The notes under the pieces are model-generated. The model had not been told where the DNA came from. It saw only the letters and a program-made list of their open reading frames with translations, and searched no databases. From Leucoraja ocellata (Eukaryota): a stretch of 64,000 nucleotides of DNA. The first letter of the stretch is position 1. The number at the start of each line of letters is the position of its first letter. The translations under genes were made by a program, and so were the position numbers. Of the stretch, positions 26,206 through 39,686 are shown piece by piece. The DNA lies in contig JAWMAR010000076.1 of the NCBI GenBank assembly GCA_036785375.1, positions 8,060,001 to 8,124,000 on the forward strand, written 5' to 3'.

Positions 26206-27666
26206 TACCTGGGATTAGGGGGGGGGGGGAGGGAGGGGGGGGGGGGGGGGGGGGAGGGGGGGAAATATGTTTCTATGTCTATTGTCTATTGTTCACGCTA
26301 GTTCTATATTATCCCACTTCTCATCCACTCCCTATGGAGGCAATTTATAGAGGCCAACTAACCTACAAACGCGCACATCTTTGGAATGCGGGGGGAAACC
26401 AGCGCACCCGGTGGAAACCCATGTGGTCACACAGGGAGAACATGCAAACGCCACACAGCCAGCACCTGAGATCAGGATTGAAGCCGGGTCTCTGGCTCTG
26501 TGAGGCAGCAGTCTTCATGCACTAACGTAGCACCCACATTTGATGAAGTGAAGGGAAGCATTTGGCAGGCATAGGCAAATGAAAACAGGAGAGACATTTG
26601 GATATAGAGAGAGCTAAAGACTACTTTAAATATAAATTAGGAGAGGAAAGGGACAAGAAAAAATATCACTGGCAGTCAAAATTGAGAAACATCCCAAGGA
26701 TTGAACAATTGTGTTAGAGTAAGAGGGTAACCAGGGAAAGAGTAGGAGCCAAGGAAAGTGAGGGCTGTTGCAAAGAACAATGGGGACCTGGCATGGGGGG
26801 GATTGCCGTGAGGGACGGTGGGAGAACAAAGTGGGAACTGGTGTGCGGGTGCACTCTAGTTTTAGAATCCTCTTCTTCATTTGTTTGTTTTGTTTGTTCG
26901 TTCGTTCTGGTTAAGGCGCTGTGCACACGCCAGCCAGCCAACAGTTGCTTGGCTTTTTTATTCACTTTTAATTTCAAGTATTTGAGTACCTTGTGTGTTG
27001 TGACTGTTGGCAGAACAATTTCCCTCCGGGGATGAATAAAATGTTATCGTTTCGTATCGTAAAACTGCTGCCAGATGCTGTGAAGTTTTGTATCATCTGC
27101 CCGACAGGAGAGGGGACAAGTAGGAATGACAGGGGAGTGAATGGTCTTTCACGATGTTGGTTGCTTTCCCCAGGCAGCGTGGAGTGTAGGGTAGAATAAT
27201 TGCCAAACTAGGCTGTGATGTAATCAATAGGATGCTTTATGCGGTCCATGTGTAGACATTGATAAGAGTTGTTGGAAGCATGCTGAATATCCTTAGTCTT
27301 CTTTATCTGACTCTGCAACAGAATCTTACATATACTAAATGAAAGTTACTAGAACTGCCAGCTTTGTTCCTGATTTACTGCTCAGTTTAACACACTGTGT
27401 ACAGTCAACAAGCATTTACATGGAGCAGGATTTAACCTTTCGTATTCAGTGTTTGTACTTTTGAGCTGTTGCTTTTGCCAAAGGTATTGTTTGTCATTTC
27501 AGTGCAGAGTGAAAGAGCGAAGCTCAGGAGAAAACAAAAGAGTTTACAAATTGAGGATACATGTGCAGAACATTCATAAATATCCAAGAGCTTTCATGCT
27601 GCCTTTTGTTTCAAATTATTTTTGTTGTCAACATCTGTTCTGATCTTTGGTTGTTATTACCCACAG

Positions 27667-28017
27667 GTCTAATGGCAAACACATCCCTGATCCAATCCCC
27701 AGGTGCTCTGGTGGTGCGTGAAGGTGAAACAGTGGAGATACGGTGTGTCCTGAGCAGCACCAATGTGAAAGTCATTGTGAAATCATTCCACGTTCACTGG
27801 TACAACTCACGTAATGGAGGAATCAAACTTAGTCTTTATAACACTGGCATCATTTACAGGTCACTGGGCTTCTCCGAGCGATTTCAGCTTTCCAGGAACG
27901 ACACCTGTAACAGCTACTCACTGACCATCAGAGAGGTGAAGATTGCCGACTCTGCTGATTACATCTGTGGCATTTGGAAAACTTTATTTGGAGATGGAAC
28001 CAAGCTGAATGTAACCA
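27667..28017 (+). CDS. Exon 2, V-set Ig domain V1 with germline-joined J-like strand
   Basis: ccacag| acceptor, A|GTGAGT donor, 351 nt, phase 1-1; IQSP..IRC..VHWY..RF..YSLTI..DSADYIC..FGDGTKLNVT. Confidence 0.93.
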
Positions 28018-28917
28018 GTGAGTATTTAAATTGGTTCTATTTCCAATCCTACCATCATGAGGAATCATGATGTCATGTTGTCAGTTTTACAGAGACAAAC
28101 ATCATTAGAAGTTCACTCTGCAAAATAGAGAATGAAAATAGGCCAAATTTATTTTTTAACTGAATAATGCAGATCACTTGTTACTGCATTCTGAGATCAG
28201 GATGGAGAATGTAATTCGGCATTGCCAGAGAGGTACACATAGTGTGAACAGATGAATGTAAAGAAATTACAGTATAGGTAGGCTAGTTTCTTCATTTATA
28301 ATCACTTTGCTTGAGTTTACTTTATTATCACGTCTACCGATGTACAGTGAAAAGCTTTTGTTGTCTGCTAACCAGTCAGCAGAAAGACAATACATGATTA
28401 CAATCGAGCCATTAACAGTTTATGCACAGTCACTATTAGTTGCACCATCTGCCACACTGAGATCAATAACTCATTGGTCAGCATGGGCTGAGTGGACTGA
28501 AGGACCTGTTTCCATGCTGCATCTCTACACTAAAGTGAACTAACATTACCACCTCAATGATCTATCTGTACTATTTCCATACCCTCTTATTCCTCCAATA
28601 TACAGAGATCTGCTTATCTCTGTGTAGCAACAAAGGACTAAATAAACGTTTAAACAAAGCTAAATGAAAAATGAAATCCCCATTGTGAGGCAACACCTCC
28701 CAACACTGGAGGGAGAGAGAGAGAAAGAGAATGAGAGAGTGAAAGATAATCGTGAACAGGGAGAAAGTTGCAATCAGCTGCAATCATGAACCAAGTTAGC
28801 ATCACTTTTACATGAGGTTATCTAATGACAAAGGATGAATGTATTTTAAGTTGAAACACATGAAGTATTTAGCAACTACAACATTATTGTTCATCTATTG
28901 ATTTTTTCCCTTTCAAG

Positions 28918-29262
28918 TTGCAAATTCTCCGATCCTGATCCAATTCCCGAGGCTGGAGCGTGTCACTGAGGGTCACACGGCACAGTTATGGTGCTCCATG
29001 GAGAACGCTGAAGTGGGAAACACTGACGTCCACTGGTATCGAGAACTACCCGGGCAGGACATGGAGTGGGTTTTAACACACGAGGCAGGAGGCAGCGTAC
29101 GAAGGAGACCAGGCTTCACTGAGCGGTTCCAGCCGTTCAAAGATGCCTCCAACAGCAGCTTCATCCTGACGGTCACAAACGTGACGCTCAATGACTCTGC
29201 CGTCTATTACTGCACAGTGTGGGGAGATATCAGAGGGAATGGAGCCCAGCTCAACGTAACCA
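28918..29262 (+). CDS. Exon 3, V-set Ig domain V2
   Basis: tttcaag| acceptor, A|GTGAGT donor, 345 nt, phase 1-1; LWC..VHWYRELPG..EW..RF..FILTV..DSAVYYCTVW..RGNGAQLNVT. Confidence 0.93.
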
Positions 29263-30139
29263 GTGAGTACAAATTATATTTGGTTTTATTCCACCTATGT
29301 GTAACTATATTGGTTGTAATTCACTTCCCTTGAATTGGCACATGTACGGGAGTACTGAAAGATTAAGGAGATCGTACTGGAGCCCTGATTCTGGAGACCA
29401 ATACATTGTGGCCCCTCACTAATGGTGTGAGCACTGATATGGTAACTGATGTCAGATCTGGGTTGTGTGAAATAAATTTCAATGTGCAGTGTGTTCTTCA
29501 TTGTAGAGAAAACTAGCAACTTTGTTCATAGCAGGGCACCGCTCACAGCTGTTTGAGTTAAGGTACAGGAGAGCAGAACGACAACTTGTCATGGCTTTAG
29601 ATTAACCAATGCTGCCTCCTTATTTCAATGGTTCAATAGTTCTTTATTTGTCACATATGCAACTGGGCAGTGAAATTATTTTTGCATATATTACACATGC
29701 TGGCACCGCCATGTTTTGGCGTCATGATCATTCAAAGTGCAACGTCCGGTCAGCCCACAACTCATTGTACTGGAGTAGTTCCCACAAACCAACATCCCTC
29801 CCCTCTCCTCGCCATCTTTGTGTCCCGGAGGTGCCTCCAGCAGACTACCAGGAGGCGCTGGAGGCATTTCCCTCGCACTGGCCCTTGCTCCTTGTATCTG
29901 ACGTCTCCAGCTCTCTCCCGGTCATGCCGACCGATGAGCCTTTTGACTGGCGAAACCTTTGGGCTTGTTTTCAACCAGGAATCACTGATACTTGAACCAC
30001 TCACAGCGCAGAGGCGACAACAGCAACGTAGTCACTGGATCTAAGGCCAGGGGTCTGGGACTGACTGTGAAGAAACAGGTTACACGTTGATCACCTGTGT
30101 TCATGCCCGGCCTCAGGCTGACAGTTCATTGTTGTCTGG

Positions 30140-30700
30140 ATCTGAGTCTTTGCACATCACTCCAGTCCTCAAACAACTTAACTGGCTTTCCATCTCCCAC
30201 CGGATCACCTACAAAATCCTGATCCTCACCTACAAAGCCCTCCACCATCTGGCCCCCCATATCTCACTGACCTCCTCTCCCCCTACCAACCCTCACGGTC
30301 CCTCAGATCCACATCAGCCGGTCACCTCTCCATCCACAAGTACAACCTCCGCAGTTTAGGGGACAGAGCCTTCTCCAGGGCAGCTCCCAGGCTCTGGAAC
30401 TCCCTCCCCCAACTGATCCGCAATTCCGTGTCCCTCACCATCTTCCAGTCCCGCCTCAAGACCCATCTCTTCACCTCTGCCAATCCTTAGCCCCACGTCC
30501 CCCTCCCTTTTCATCTGTGCATTAATTGCCTTATTATTGTGTTTTGTATTGAATTCTGTCTTTACTTTGTGTACTAGTCATGTCTCTACTATTTATTTCA
30601 TTCCCCTTACATGTTTTTCTTCTACCTGCTAAATTTTTGTAAGGTGTCCTTGAGACTCTTGAAAGGCGCCCATAAATAAAATGTATTATTATTATTAACT
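30140..30700 (+). mobile_element. L2-type LINE 3' end
   Basis: HITPVLKQLNWL..RITYKILIL; AATAAA + (TTA)n tail. Confidence 0.8.
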
Positions 30701-30719
30701 GTTGATGCGGGCCCCTAAT

Positions 30720-31562
30720 CCAAGATACAAGATACATTTATTTGTCACATGTTCCAATTGGTTCAGTGAAATGTGTGGTCACCATACAGCCATACGAATA
30801 ATAAAGAGCTCAGAACACGTTAGACTTTAACACAGACATCCCCGTACAGCGGAATCAAAGTTTGCCACTGCGAGAGAAGGGTCCAAAATTCAGTCATCCT
30901 CCTCTGTTGTTCACCCGTGGTCGGGGGGCTCATGGACCCCTCGTAATCACCGCTACAGGCGGCCCGATGTTCAGGCCCTCTCGCCGGGAGGATGGAACTC
31001 CGATGTCGGAATGGGAGAACCACTTCAACGGCTTGGACATCCGAATCGGCCACTTCCTACCGGATTCCGTGGCTCCCAAAGTCCACAGTCCGCTCTGGGC
31101 GGAGATTCACGCTGGTGGCCCTCGCCAAAAGGTCCCAGGACTCCGCGATGTTGGTCAGCACCGCCCGCATTGGGAGCTCTACAAACCCCAGCTTCACGAT
31201 GTTGAAGCAGCAGGCCCAGCACTCTGGAGCTTCAAACGGCGATCCAGGAAGGCATTGTCCGCTCCGCGATCAATCCAGTGCTGCGCCACCGCCGCTGAAG
31301 CTTTGGCCGGTCCCCGGCAGGAAAGGCCGCGCCAATCCAGTTGGTAGGCCGCGGGGAGGGGTGCGAGGTGGCGACTCGGAGAATAATCACATCCTCGCCA
31401 GGAAGTGACTGGGAAACGGTTTCCCCCTTACTCTACCCCCATCCCCCACATAGAAAAACTAAAGAAACCTCCAAACCACACTTTTAAAACAGACTAAAAA
31501 TTAAAAAAAATAGAAAAACAGACAGACTGTAGGCAAAGGCTGCCATCAATACGGCGCCCCTA
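30720..31562 (-). mobile_element. ~840-bp GC-rich non-autonomous retroposon, copy A
   Basis: Homologous and inverted relative to 42110-42955; (TCTTGTA)n tail. Confidence 0.7.
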
Positions 31563-31867
31563 GCCGTGTATCTATCCATGTTAAATAGTGTGAAGCACAG
31601 TTGAAATTCCCCCTCAATATAATTTCCATGTTCCAGTGAAGTAGATAACTCGTCGCACCATCGGCGGTAAAGGAAAGATCAGAATCCAACACAAAGGCAG
31701 AAGAATAGGGTCGGTGTAAGAACAGAGTCAACGTGGATGTATAAAATGGACATCATGGGTGAGAAATCTTTTAAAGCTCACGTTGTTAGATGTTTGTGAC
31801 TAGCAAAGTAGGGTTGGGTTTGTCAATGAGCCATATGGAGAAAGTAGCTGCAGACGAGATCGAACCA

Positions 31868-34800
31868 TTTTACTTCGGAGTCACATGAGTGACTACGTGA
31901 AGAAGCCCGCTTACGGCGCATGCGTGTCATATCGCTACACGCATTCGAACTCGTCATCGCTGGAGGAAGGACGTTCCTCCCAATCGGCAGGACTTGAACC
32001 TGCAACAGGTAAGGGAACTTAGTTTTTTCTTTACTTACCCTTTTTTATCTAGAAGGCTGATGAAGCTGGCTGGGGAGAGTCTGGAGACTTGCAGGCAGCC
32101 AGCACCGGCCGGGGCCCGTTAATTTCGTTTAAACAGGAACGGAGCCGACTTTAGAGCCAGGACAACGGTCGCTGGAGCAGTTTCCCGACAACTTGGAAAC
32201 AGCCCCACTAGTCGGTTAGTGCATTTAGTAATTCATGGGTCCGAGGGGCTGGAAGGTGCGGAACTGACGGGGGTTCCGCAGGTCTAAAAATAGCGGCGAG
32301 CGGTCAGTGCCCGAGAGCCCTGAGTACGCGTTAGACCCGCTGGACCGCGCTGGAATAGAGGCAGGGGGGAAAACAGGCAACAGACTGAATTCCCGTTATG
32401 GGAATAGCTGTGCCAAACTTACCCCCCCCCCCGATTTTCTCCCGTTTTTTCACTACACCTGTCCACAGCTGGGATATATAGGACCAGCAGCTGGCTGGGG
32501 AGAGTCTGCAGATTGCAGGCAGCCAGCAGAGGCCGGGGGCCCGTTAATTTGTTTTAAAACAGGGGACGGAGCCGACTTCAGCGACAGGATAACGACGCTG
32601 GAGCAGGGTTTTCCTGACGACTCGGGTACAACACCACGGACCCTTACTATAGGTATGTGGGAAAATGGTGTAAACCTAAAATGGGGTTTTCATAGAATAT
32701 GTGTGTTAATCCTTTTGTTAAAGTACTAGATGGGTCCGAGGCGCTGGAAGTGCGGAAAGGGCGCATTAACGGCACTTCTGCAATGTTCTAAAAATAGCGA
32801 CGAGCTGTCAGTGCCGAAGAGCACTGAGCACGCGTTGGACCCGCTAGCCCACGCTGAAGGAAGCCGGTACGAGTGGCTGCAGCATGATAAGCAGCCAGCA
32901 CAGGTGCCTGGGAGTACCGGGACCGGGTGGAGTGGTGGACCCACATACAGGACCGGTGTGGTCAGCGGCGGAGCGAGGACCCGCAAACCAGTGCCCGTGT
33001 GTACGGGGGACAGGAACAGCGGGGGAAAAAGGAGCTCCTTCATAGTGGCAGTCACATGAATGTGGACAAGGAGCGGCATAGTTATATCGGGCGGCCGGGA
33101 GCGACCAGTGCCCGTAGGCATGGGGACCGGCTGCGGGAAATACCGCATGCGACTAAGTGCCCGAGAGCACCAAGGTCGGCAGGAGCGGTCTGATATATTA
33201 AAGCACCCGCGATCGACTAGTGCCCGAGAGCATGTAAGTCGGCTGGAGCGGTTGCTGGAGTAAATTTCTCAGTGGCAGGCTCCGGGATTGGAGGATAGCC
33301 ACAGTGGGCAAAAAATATAAGTCCCACAGCAGTTTTCCCATAAGGGCTGCATGAAATGTCAGACGCCTCTGAGGAGGGTATTGAAGGTCTGACTGGGCCA
33401 GGATGGCTGCCAGTGTTAATAAAGACTTCACTGCGAAAGTAATGTGGAGAAACAGCCTCCGGATAATACTTACCAATACCGGAGTGAGGATGAGCAGCTG
33501 CAAGATATAGCGCAGCCAGCAGCGGCCACTTTTGTGCAGCTGGGAAACCGGTACGAGTGGCTGCAGCAGGTTCGGCCGTCAGTGACATGGTGAAGATTTG
33601 GCCGGGACGACCACTGTGGGAGATGCGAAAGCCTTTACTTCAGCATCTACCCCAACCTCAACCTCAAGGCCCTCCACAACCACGAATGAAACCAAGAAAA
33701 TAACTCAGTTACCACCGATAACCATGGAGGTAGGTGAATCTGGGGCTCCAGAATTAATAGGGAGCACGGAAGTTGGAGGGACATTGCAACTTCATTTGGA
33801 AGCATGGTGTAATATAACTATGGACAGATATATTCTTAGAAGTATTAAGGGATATCTGATAGAGTTTCTACACAAACAAAACCTTCCAGTACAATATACA
33901 CCGGACAGAATATACATGCTTACTAAATGGGAACAAGCTAAAGCCCACATAGAACTACAAAGATTATTCACTAAAGGGGTAATTGAACAAACCAAACCTG
34001 AACAACAGGAATTTGTCTCAAACATATTTATTAGAAATAAGAAAGATGGGGGTTGCCGTATTATTATTGATTTATCAACGCTTCACAATGTTGTGCAATA
34101 TGTTCATTTTAAAATGGATACTTTTAGCACTGCTAAAGAGTTAGTTTCAGCAGGCTAATTTATGGCAAGTATTGATCTTAAAGATGCTTACTATACAATA
34201 CCCATCAGAGCTAAAATTCTTAAACCAGCTTTGGCATTGCCGCAACAACAAAATCATAGATTAATGGCATAGTTGGATGAATACTTATGGTGGGAATAAT
34301 TTATGAATTGGCATGTCAGGCAGTGGTTGCCACAAAACAATTGTTTGAACAGCTGGGATTCATTATCCATCCAATTAAGTCAAAATTGACACCATTAACA
34401 CATTTAATATGTTAATGACTTTACTAATAGGAAAAGCCACAGAGTTACAAAAGGATTAGAGCACTCAAAATTAATAGAGGCCATTTTTTGATGGCCAATG
34501 GAGCTAACAATTTAAGCCATAAAAGAATTACAATGGTGGGAACACAATGTTAAGTATGGCTCCAACCCAATAGTTATTGACAACCCGTCTGTGCTATTAC
34601 AACAGATGCCAGTGCAATTGGTTGAGGTACAACTGATACCATCTCGAGCTGTGGGGGGAGATGGAATATACAAGAAGCTAACCTACTTAACACTAAGGGT
34701 ATAAAGTACTTAGAAATGTTAAGTGCATTTTATGAGTTAAAATCTTATTGCTCAGGAATGAAACAGCAGCATGTTAGATTGCAGATAGATAATACCTCGG

Positions 34801-36752
34801 TGGTGGCATATATAAGTCATATGGGTGGAAAATATATCAACATCTTGTGGTGAATTGGCAAACTCAATTTGGCAATGGTGTGTCCAAAGGAATATTTGGT
34901 TATCGGCTACGTATCTACCAGGGATACTAATTTAGTGGCAGACACCAGGTCACAAAAATTTATTGAAAGTACTGAATGGATGTTGGATAGAACGGTATTT
35001 GCTGAAATCACAGTAAAGTATGGAAGGCCGGAGGGGGGGGGGGGGGGTTCATTTATGTATTTCCTCCTTTTCCTGCCTAATCAATCGGGTACTAAGGGAA
35101 ATTCAACAGGAATCGGCATCTGGGATTTTCTTAGTACCTGATTGGCTTACACAACCATGGTTCTCGGTGATACAGGATATGGTGTTAGAACCATGTATGA
35201 ATTTAAGACATAGTCCTAAGTTGCTGGTGCATCCGGTAACTCAGGATAGCCATCCATGTCATAAAAATATTGATTTATTAGCTTGTAGACTCTGAAAGAA
35301 CCACTACGGGACATGGGGCTATCAAATAGAACTGTGGACATGATCACAGCAGCGCAAAGAAGGTCTACACAAAAGCAGTATTTAAGTCATATTAGGAAAT
35401 GGATTAATTACTGCCATAATAACCATCTGGACCACAGAAATAAGAATGTTCCGGCAGTGCTAGAGTTTCTCACCAGTCTGCACTATGAAGGACTTAGTTA
35501 CAGCACTGTGAATAGTGCCAGAAGTGCATTATCAACTTGTTTGTGGCAAGGAACAGAAAGACAGTCAGTGGGATCACATCCGCTGGTAGTTAAACTTTTA
35601 AGAGGCATTTTTAACACCAGGCCACCCAAACCAAGATATAACCAGATCTGGGATGTAAGTGTGGTCCTCAACATGCTAAGGAATTGGTCGCCGGCTACAG
35701 CATTAACTCTGGACACATTAACTAGAAAAATGGTCATGCTGATGGCACTGGTCACAGCACAAAGGGTCCAGTCATTGCAAAAATTAAGACTGGATGGCTT
35801 GACTATGGCAGCAGGACGTTTGGTTTTTGTGATCCAGGACCTTATTAAACAAAATAGACCAGGATCAGCGGGCCTACCCGGAGGACAAACGCCTCTGTAT
35901 AGTGAAGCACATTTTGTTATATATTGAACGGACAAAGGCTATCAGAGGCAAGGAAATGGCGCTGTTAATCAGCTATAAGAAACCATACCATAGGGTGTCT
36001 ACTCAGACCATTTCACGGTGGCTGAAATATGGGTTAAGAAAGGCGGGAGTGCACACTAATATATTTAAATCTCACTCCACCAGGGCGGCAGCTACATCCG
36101 CAGCAAAACGCCTTGATGTATCCATGGACCAAATCCTCAGGATTGCAGGATGGTTGTCGGAGAAAACGTTTCAAAAATTTTATAATAAACCAGTTAGCAG
36201 TATGGGAACGTTTTCGGGGAACATTTTAAGTTCTGTATGATAATTTATCCATGAAGAATACGGGGTTATGATTTGAATTAATTAGATATTATTTATCATT
36301 TCCATTAAATAATTGGTATGAATGTTTTGTTGAATATCATTAACAATTTCTCCCAAACTACCAAGGCAGTTGTGAAGCATGGACTCGTTCCACGGCGTGA
36401 GGTCACAGAGCTTTGAAATCTTCACGTAGTCACTCACGTGACTCCGAAGTAAAATAGTAAGATTAAATGAGAACTTACCAGTTTGAAGTTTGATCTCTAT
36501 TTTATGAGGAGGAACGTTGAGGGAATACGTGCTCTCCGCTCCCACCCTCGAATGGTCATATCTTAAACTGGTATCTCTTTAATAATCTTGCTATTTTAGG
36601 TCATTATAGTGTATCTGTGACCTCACACCGCTGCTTTGAAGGATGACACGCATGCGCCGTAAGCGGGCTTCTTCACGTATTCCCTCAACGTTCCTCCTCA
36701 TAAAATAAAGATCAAACTTCAAACTGGTAAGTTCTCGTTTAATCTTACTATT
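31868..36752 (+). mobile_element. DIRS1-type tyrosine-recombinase retrotransposon (degenerate), in the V2-V3 intron
   Basis: RT (FVSNIF..KKDGGCRIIIDL), YR (ORFs 35313-35927, 35902-36240, HSTRAAATS..FQKFY), inverted termini and ICR at about 36419-36530. Confidence 0.92.
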
Positions 36753-37389
36753 ATTCATCACAAGCAGCCACATAGATGGAAGAATCTCTTGGTTAAATCT
36801 CCTGGAATGAACAGCAGGTATTTAAGCTGAGAAGCTGTGACTAGTGAGAGGTGGTGCAGGTTTTGTTGCTGGGACCCTCACTGTTCACAATCGAGGATGA
36901 AGAAACCAAGTATAACATAGCCAGCTTAGTTGGTAGGCGATGTAACATGTGAGGAGGCTGCAGGGGGCACAGACAAGTATAAAGAGCAAGACAAGCCAGA
37001 TGGTCTATAACTTGGAAAAATATAGTCATTCATTTCTGCAGGAAAAATGGACATGCAAAGTTGTTTTGAATGTTGTGAGACTAAGGTCAGAAGAATCTGG
37101 GTGTTCTCATACACAAAATAACTTAAAGTCAACATGTGGATAGAATGAGCAGTTTGGAAAGCAAATAATATATAAAGAACAAAAGGTAAAAGCTGTTGGA
37201 GTAACTTAAAAGGTCAGCCAGCAAGTCTGGAGAACATGGATAAATCTGACATCCTCGATAATCTTAGTCTTCAATTATCCTGAGCCCCCCTGGGAAGTAT
37301 GTGATGGTATCCAAATTTTAGAAACTGTTACACACCAAATGCTGGAGAAATATGATGCCTTCCATTGAGCTCCATGTATATTCACACAG

Positions 37390-37737
37390 ATCCCCTGGAT
37401 GATCCGGTCCTTATCCAGTCTCCGCCAGTCAGCGAGGTGGCAGAGGGTGTAACCATGCAGTTGCAATGTGTCTTGCACAAAGCTGGTGTGAATGACACTG
37501 ACGTCCACTGGAACCAGCAGCGACCTGGGAAAAACAGCGAGTGGATAATGAGCCACTTTGTGGATGGCAAAGTCACCAGGTCTGGCTGTATCTCTGACCG
37601 CTTTAAGTCTTTCAGGAATGCCATGAGCAACAGTTACATTCTGACCATCACCAATGTTTCCATCAATGACACTGCTGTCTACAACTGCAGTGTGTGGAGT
37701 TACATCTATGGAGCAGGATCCCAGCTCAATGTAACTG
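37390..37737 (+). CDS. Exon 4, V-set Ig domain V3
   Basis: cacacag| acceptor, G|GTAAGT donor, 348 nt, phase 1-1; IQSP..LQC..VHWNQQRPG..EW..RF..DTAVYNCSVW..YGAGSQLNVT. Confidence 0.93.
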
Positions 37738-39644
37738 GTAAGTCATTGTTTGCCTACACTGACGATAACAGCAGCTCACACTTCAACCTTCATGCAATGA
37801 CTCACTGACACATGGGAATTCTATGACCACTCCCAGTAAAACAGAGAGTGGGGAAGTTATCCTTGGCGTGTAAAGTGCAACAGCTAGGAAATAGATAAGT
37901 GTGTGAAAGGACGAGTACAAGGGAACAAAAATCAAAAGTGTAAAAAGTCTCCGCAAATGGTTTGTGGATGAAGAACCCTTTGGGTTTGAGTCGTCAAAGA
38001 TGGAAGATATTACCAACTAATTGCATAAAGTCAAATAGTCATGCAGTGAGGAAACATGCTCTTCTGCCCAACTTGCCCACACCGGCCAACATGTCCCTGC
38101 TACACTAGTCCCACCTGCCTGCGTTTGGCCCATATCCCTCCTGAAACAAATCTGAATAAGGAGAGAAAGAGGATAACTTGAGTTATTAAAAGGAATAGGT
38201 TAGCCCATGAAATGCAAAAGATGTATAAGTACATGGGAGAAGAAATATTATGAAATGCTTAGGAAAAAGCCAAGCTTGAGTTTTAGAGCTTGAGTTTAGT
38301 TTGTCACGTGTACCAAGGTACAGTAAAAAGCTTTTGCATGCTAACCAGTCAGTGGAAAGACAATACATAATAACAATTGAGCCATCCACAGATACACGAT
38401 AAAGGGAATAACGTGAATAATGTTTCGTGCTAGATAAAGCCAGTGAAGTCCGATCAAAGATAGTCCAAGGATCTCCAATGTGGATAGTAGTTCCAGAGTA
38501 ACTCAGCAGGTCAGCCAACATCTGGGAAGGTAAATGGACAGACAGTTTCGGGTCAAGACCTCTTCAGACTGATGGAGTAGGAGAGAGCTGGTGGAAAGTG
38601 GTGAGGGAGTAGGGGTGGGGCAAGAGCTTGCAAGTGACAGGTAGACTCAGATATGAAAGGGTTGATTGTCAGATAAATGATGTGCAGGAGGGAAAGGGGA
38701 AGATATTAACGAAGACTGTAGGTGATAAGCGGTGAAGACAAAAGATTACAAATAATGAAATCTGATAAGAAAAGAAGGTGTGAAATAAAATGTAGAAGCC
38801 GAGCGCGGATGGTGAGGTAGATTGGAACCGGAAGGTGGAGGTGATGTGGCAGATATAGGAACCCAGAGGGGCTAGGGCTGTGTAATGACTAGCGAGTGGA
38901 AAGACAGGTATGAGAGGATTTTTTGATCTGCACCTTCTTTGTAGCTTGTTCAGTGCTCTCTGAAAGTCCAAATGCACATCAGCTAGTTCTCCCTTATCTG
39001 TGCTGCTAACTACAATCTCAAAAAATTAGCTGTTGCGGAATATGATTTCCTTTTAAAAAAACTTTTTGACTCCACCCTGTCCTGATATATTCCAAATGCC
39101 TACTTAATAATAAATTAATAATAGATTACATATCTTCCCTCATCCATGCTTCCCCTCATAATCTTGTGTGCTGATCTACACTCTCAACTCATCCGTCTCA
39201 CTTGCTGTGCTTCTTGCTTTAAAGTAAATGCAGTTAAACCTATCGGTCCTCTCATGCTCCCCCTCCCATCTCTGCCAATGCTTCCACTGGACTTGCCTGT
39301 TACATTTTCTACATATGAGTCCGCTGTCATTCAGGGTCCCAACCCCATGTCTCACTAGTTTAAGATGGAACTGCAGATGCTGGAAAATCGAAGGTAGACA
39401 AAAATGCTGGAGAAACTTTGTGGGTGAGGCAGCATCTATGGAGTTTCTCCAGCACTTTTGTTTTCCCTCAATAGTTTAAACTCTCTTGAGTAGCATGAGC
39501 AAACCTCTCCACAAACCCATTCAGGACTTTGTTATGCCCCATGCACAAGTTATATAATATTGCAGGATCACTGAACTCAGTAACATTGTTCTGGTTTTAA
39601 GTATCACAAGAGCCCATTCCTGTGCTGTACACATCTATAACCCT

Positions 39645-39686
<42 letters not shown>

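Noticed and set aside
26215-26263. Poly-G tract as a G-quadruplex element
   Set aside because: Low-complexity run at a repeat boundary; may be a sequencing artefact; no supporting context.
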